Made by a program: the position numbers and the translations under genes. A stretch of DNA of 64,000 nt, taken from Candidatus Latescibacterota bacterium (GTDB lineage: Bacteria > Latescibacterota > UBA2968 > UBA8231). Shown here piece after piece: positions 61,702 through 64,000 of this stretch. Where the stretch lies: positions 608,001-672,000 of the forward strand of contig CBDAOB010000003.1 in assembly GCA_965197905.1 (NCBI GenBank), given 5' to 3'. Numbering within the stretch: position 1 is the first letter of the stretch; the number at the start of each line of letters is the position of its first letter. The notes below the pieces were generated by a model. The model was given only the letters and a program-made list of their open reading frames with translations. It made no database searches and was not told the origin of the DNA.

Positions 61702-63215
61702 CCCTGCGAAATCCTACGACTGAAAACGCGGCGTCGATAGGCCGCTGGCCGACCGTAACTCTAACGCTGACCTGTGCTCTCTTTCTCTTCGGGGCAAGTT
61801 CTGCGAGCTCCGGGGACGAAGCGAAGTTGCGTTTCGCCGCCGCCGAAACCGCCGATGCCCGGGCCGCCGCTGCGGTCCTCGAGGAAGCGTATGGTCGTTT
61901 AGGCATTGAGATCGAGGTCGAATACCTCAACGGCAAGCTGGCCCTCGCCCGCGCCGACTCCGGCCTCTACGATGGCGACGCCCAGCGTATCGACGGCATC
62001 GCCCGACGTTTCCCCAATCTGATTCAGGTTCAGGTTCCGGTTAATTATCTCGAGGGAGTGGCGTTTGCCAACCGGGGCGATACCGACGTCAGCGGCTGGC
62101 ACAGCCTGCGGGACTATCGGGTCGGGATCGTGAAGGGGATACTGTTTGCCGAGGAGGGCATCCAGGGGATGGAGGTATCGCGAGCTGCATCATATGAACA
62201 GCTCGTTGGGCTGCTCATGCAGAACCGGATAGACTTAGCCATAATGCCCCGCGTAAACGGTCTTGTGGCGATCCAGGTTCCAAAGGAAGTGTCCGAGAAT
62301 AGGAGTGACATTCAGGCATCAGGCGCCGTGCTCGAGACCCTGTTCCTGTACAACTATCTCAATGCCAGGCACGAGAATCTCGTGCCCAGGGTGGAGCGTG
62401 TACTTAAAGAGATGCTTCTGGACGGAACAACGAAAAGGATACGGCATCAAGTTTACTCCGGGCTACTGGATCTCGATGCGGCGGGGCTGCCCACCAGAGC
62501 CACGCGGCGTAAGCCGGCATCACCTCCTGACTCCACTTCCAAATCCGGTTTCGAACCTCAAACCGGAACGCTGAAGCGACTCGTCATATCGACACCAGCT
62601 CTTTCCGTTACCAGCGCCGCCGCCATGGACGTGTTACGCGAGGCGTATGGACGGCTCGGCTACAAATTGGAGATGCGCCATCTAAGCTCCGCAAGCCACG
62701 CGAACGCCGGTCTGGTAGACGGGGAACTCATGCGCATCGGCGGGCTCAGCCGACGGTTCAAGAACCTCGTGCAGATACCGATTCCGGTGAACTACACGCA
62801 GGTGGTTGGGTTCGCGACAAGACTGGACGTACATATACGCGGATGGTCTAGCCTGAGACCGTACCGACTTGGAGTTATCGATGGTGTCCTGCTCACGGAG
62901 CAAGAGACCCGGGGTATGGACCGGCGTTTCGCCACGACTCCCGATCAGCTGGTCCGATGGCTCTCGGATGACCAGATAGACATAGCCGTCTTGCCGCGGG
63001 ATACGGGCTTGCTGTCCGCGGTTGAGCAAGGCGTTTCCGAGGTTCGGGAACTGCCGGGCGTGCTGGAGACGGTATTCGTGTACCACTACCTGAATACGAA
63101 ATACAAACACCTCGTCCCGGACTTGACACGGGAGCTAAAGGTGATGCTCCTATCTGGCGAGACACGGAGGCAACGCACGCAGTCATACACTCGTCTGCTG
63201 GACTCCCGTTCATAA
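61698..63215 (+). CDS. Tandem two-domain substrate-binding protein (SBP family 3-like); probable true start upstream of 61827
   Basis: Two similar halves (VLEEAYGRLG...DG...RI.G..RRF.NL.Q..VPVNY...L..Y.YLN..H..LVP); the frame is open upstream to 61698 and encodes a signal peptide. Confidence 0.82.
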   Translation: MTLRNPTTENAASIGRWPTVTLTLTCALFLFGASSASSGDEAKLRFAAAETADARAAAAVLEEAYGRLGIEIEVEYLNGKLALARADSGLYDGDAQRIDGIARRFPNLIQVQVPVNYLEGVAFANRGDTDVSGWHSLRDYRVGIVKGILFAEEGIQGMEVSRAASYEQLVGLLMQNRIDLAIMPRVNGLVAIQVPKEVSENRSDIQASGAVLETLFLYNYLNARHENLVPRVERVLKEMLLDGTTKRIRHQVYSGLLDLDAAGLPTRATRRKPASPPDSTSKSGFEPQTGTLKRLVISTPALSVTSAAAMDVLREAYGRLGYKLEMRHLSSASHANAGLVDGELMRIGGLSRRFKNLVQIPIPVNYTQVVGFATRLDVHIRGWSSLRPYRLGVIDGVLLTEQETRGMDRRFATTPDQLVRWLSDDQIDIAVLPRDTGLLSAVEQGVSEVRELPGVLETVFVYHYLNTKYKHLVPDLTRELKVMLLSGETRRQRTQSYTRLLDSRS

Positions 63216-63220
63216 GAGCT

Positions 63221-64000
63221 ATGGAAAAGCGAGTCACACAGGGCCAGATTCAGTTTCGCTCCATCGCCATTCTAATTGCGGTTGTGGTGGCGGTCACCGC
63301 CTGCGGTTTCCACGTAGTTTACCAGCAAACACTGGAGGCGAGAAAGTCACAGCTCGAGGAACTGGTCCGCTCCCAAGGGCGGCTGATGGAGGCAGTTGGC
63401 AAGTTCAACGCGTTCTTCCAGAGCGGTTCCGAGGAAGGCGCGAGCTTTGCCGCTACCCTCTCTCAGATCAAGGAGGCTCACCGTAAGTACACCGGTTTCG
63501 GTGAAACCGGCGAGCTTGTGCTGGCGCGAAAGCAAGGCGACCAGATCGTGTTTCTGCTGCCCGTGCGCAGCAGGGATTTCCAGATTCCGCCGCCGGTCCC
63601 GTTCGAAGGCGAGATGGCAGGACCGATGCGGATGGCCCTCTCGGGTCATTCGGGTGTCATCGAAGCCCTGGATCATTCGGCGCACGAAGTGCTAGCGGCG
63701 TATGAGTACCTGCCGTTCATGGAGCTGGGGCTCGTGGCCAAGATCGACAAGTCGGAGATCCTTGACCCGTTTGTTGATGCGGCGCAGGTCTCGGGAGCCA
63801 TAGCCTTGATTGCTGTCTTGATAGCGACCCTGCTGAACGTGCGCAGTATCGGGCCTTTGATCCGCAGTATAACCGAGCGGGAAGAACGCATAAGCCTGCT
63901 GTTGGAGTCCACCCCCGACGCCATGGTCATCGTGGGCGAATCCGGTCAGATCGAGATGGCGAACAAGCGTGCCGAGACTGTCTTCGGCTACCGTCGCGAG
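63221..64000 (+). CDS. Membrane sensor protein (Cache-like periplasmic domain plus PAS), truncated by the window end
   Basis: Read manually: MEKRVTQ..., TM1, GFGETGELVLA, EVLAAY, GLVAKID, TM2, LLESTPDAMVIV...ANKRAETVFGY. Confidence 0.85.
   Translation, partial: MEKRVTQGQIQFRSIAILIAVVVAVTACGFHVVYQQTLEARKSQLEELVRSQGRLMEAVGKFNAFFQSGSEEGASFAATLSQIKEAHRKYTGFGETGELVLARKQGDQIVFLLPVRSRDFQIPPPVPFEGEMAGPMRMALSGHSGVIEALDHSAHEVLAAYEYLPFMELGLVAKIDKSEILDPFVDAAQVSGAIALIAVLIATLLNVRSIGPLIRSITEREERISLLLESTPDAMVIVGESGQIEMANKRAETVFGYRRE

Overview
GC-rich bacterial chromosomal segment of about 60 CDS. I found no rRNA, tRNA, CRISPR array, transposase or phage genes. The gene mix (four PhyH-type dioxygenases, HDOD proteins, stand-alone cNMP-binding proteins, many hydrolases, outer-membrane beta-barrels) suggests a Gram-negative environmental lineage such as Ca. 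Latescibacterota; this is inference only. The most coherent uncharacterised system lies at 1.76-13.5 kb on the minus strand. A HAMP kinase and an NtrC-type sigma-54 activator precede a secreted coiled-coil gene and an OM beta-barrel gene. These are followed by two tandem enhancer-like palindromes and a near-perfect -24/-12 promoter. That promoter leads into an operon of OprO/P-like porin, CotH-kinase/beta-helix fusion, small membrane protein, VTC-family polyphosphate polymerase, DUF4956 membrane protein and PAP2 phosphatase, a candidate polyphosphate synthesis/export/extracytoplasmic phosphorylation system. A Ppx/GppA exopolyphosphatase lies at 19.3-20.8 kb. Other notable items are a signalling cluster (RsbW/RsbV-like pair, cNMP-REC protein, HisKA_2 kinase), a sigma-54 activator with a GAFKGA variant upstream of an ECF sigma factor with its own -24/-12-like promoter, a 730-aa acidic repeat coiled-coil protein, and a switch-like structured leader before an HDAC gene. 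Seven genes carry single-base lesions, mostly at short homopolymers, which most likely reflects sequencing consensus error.
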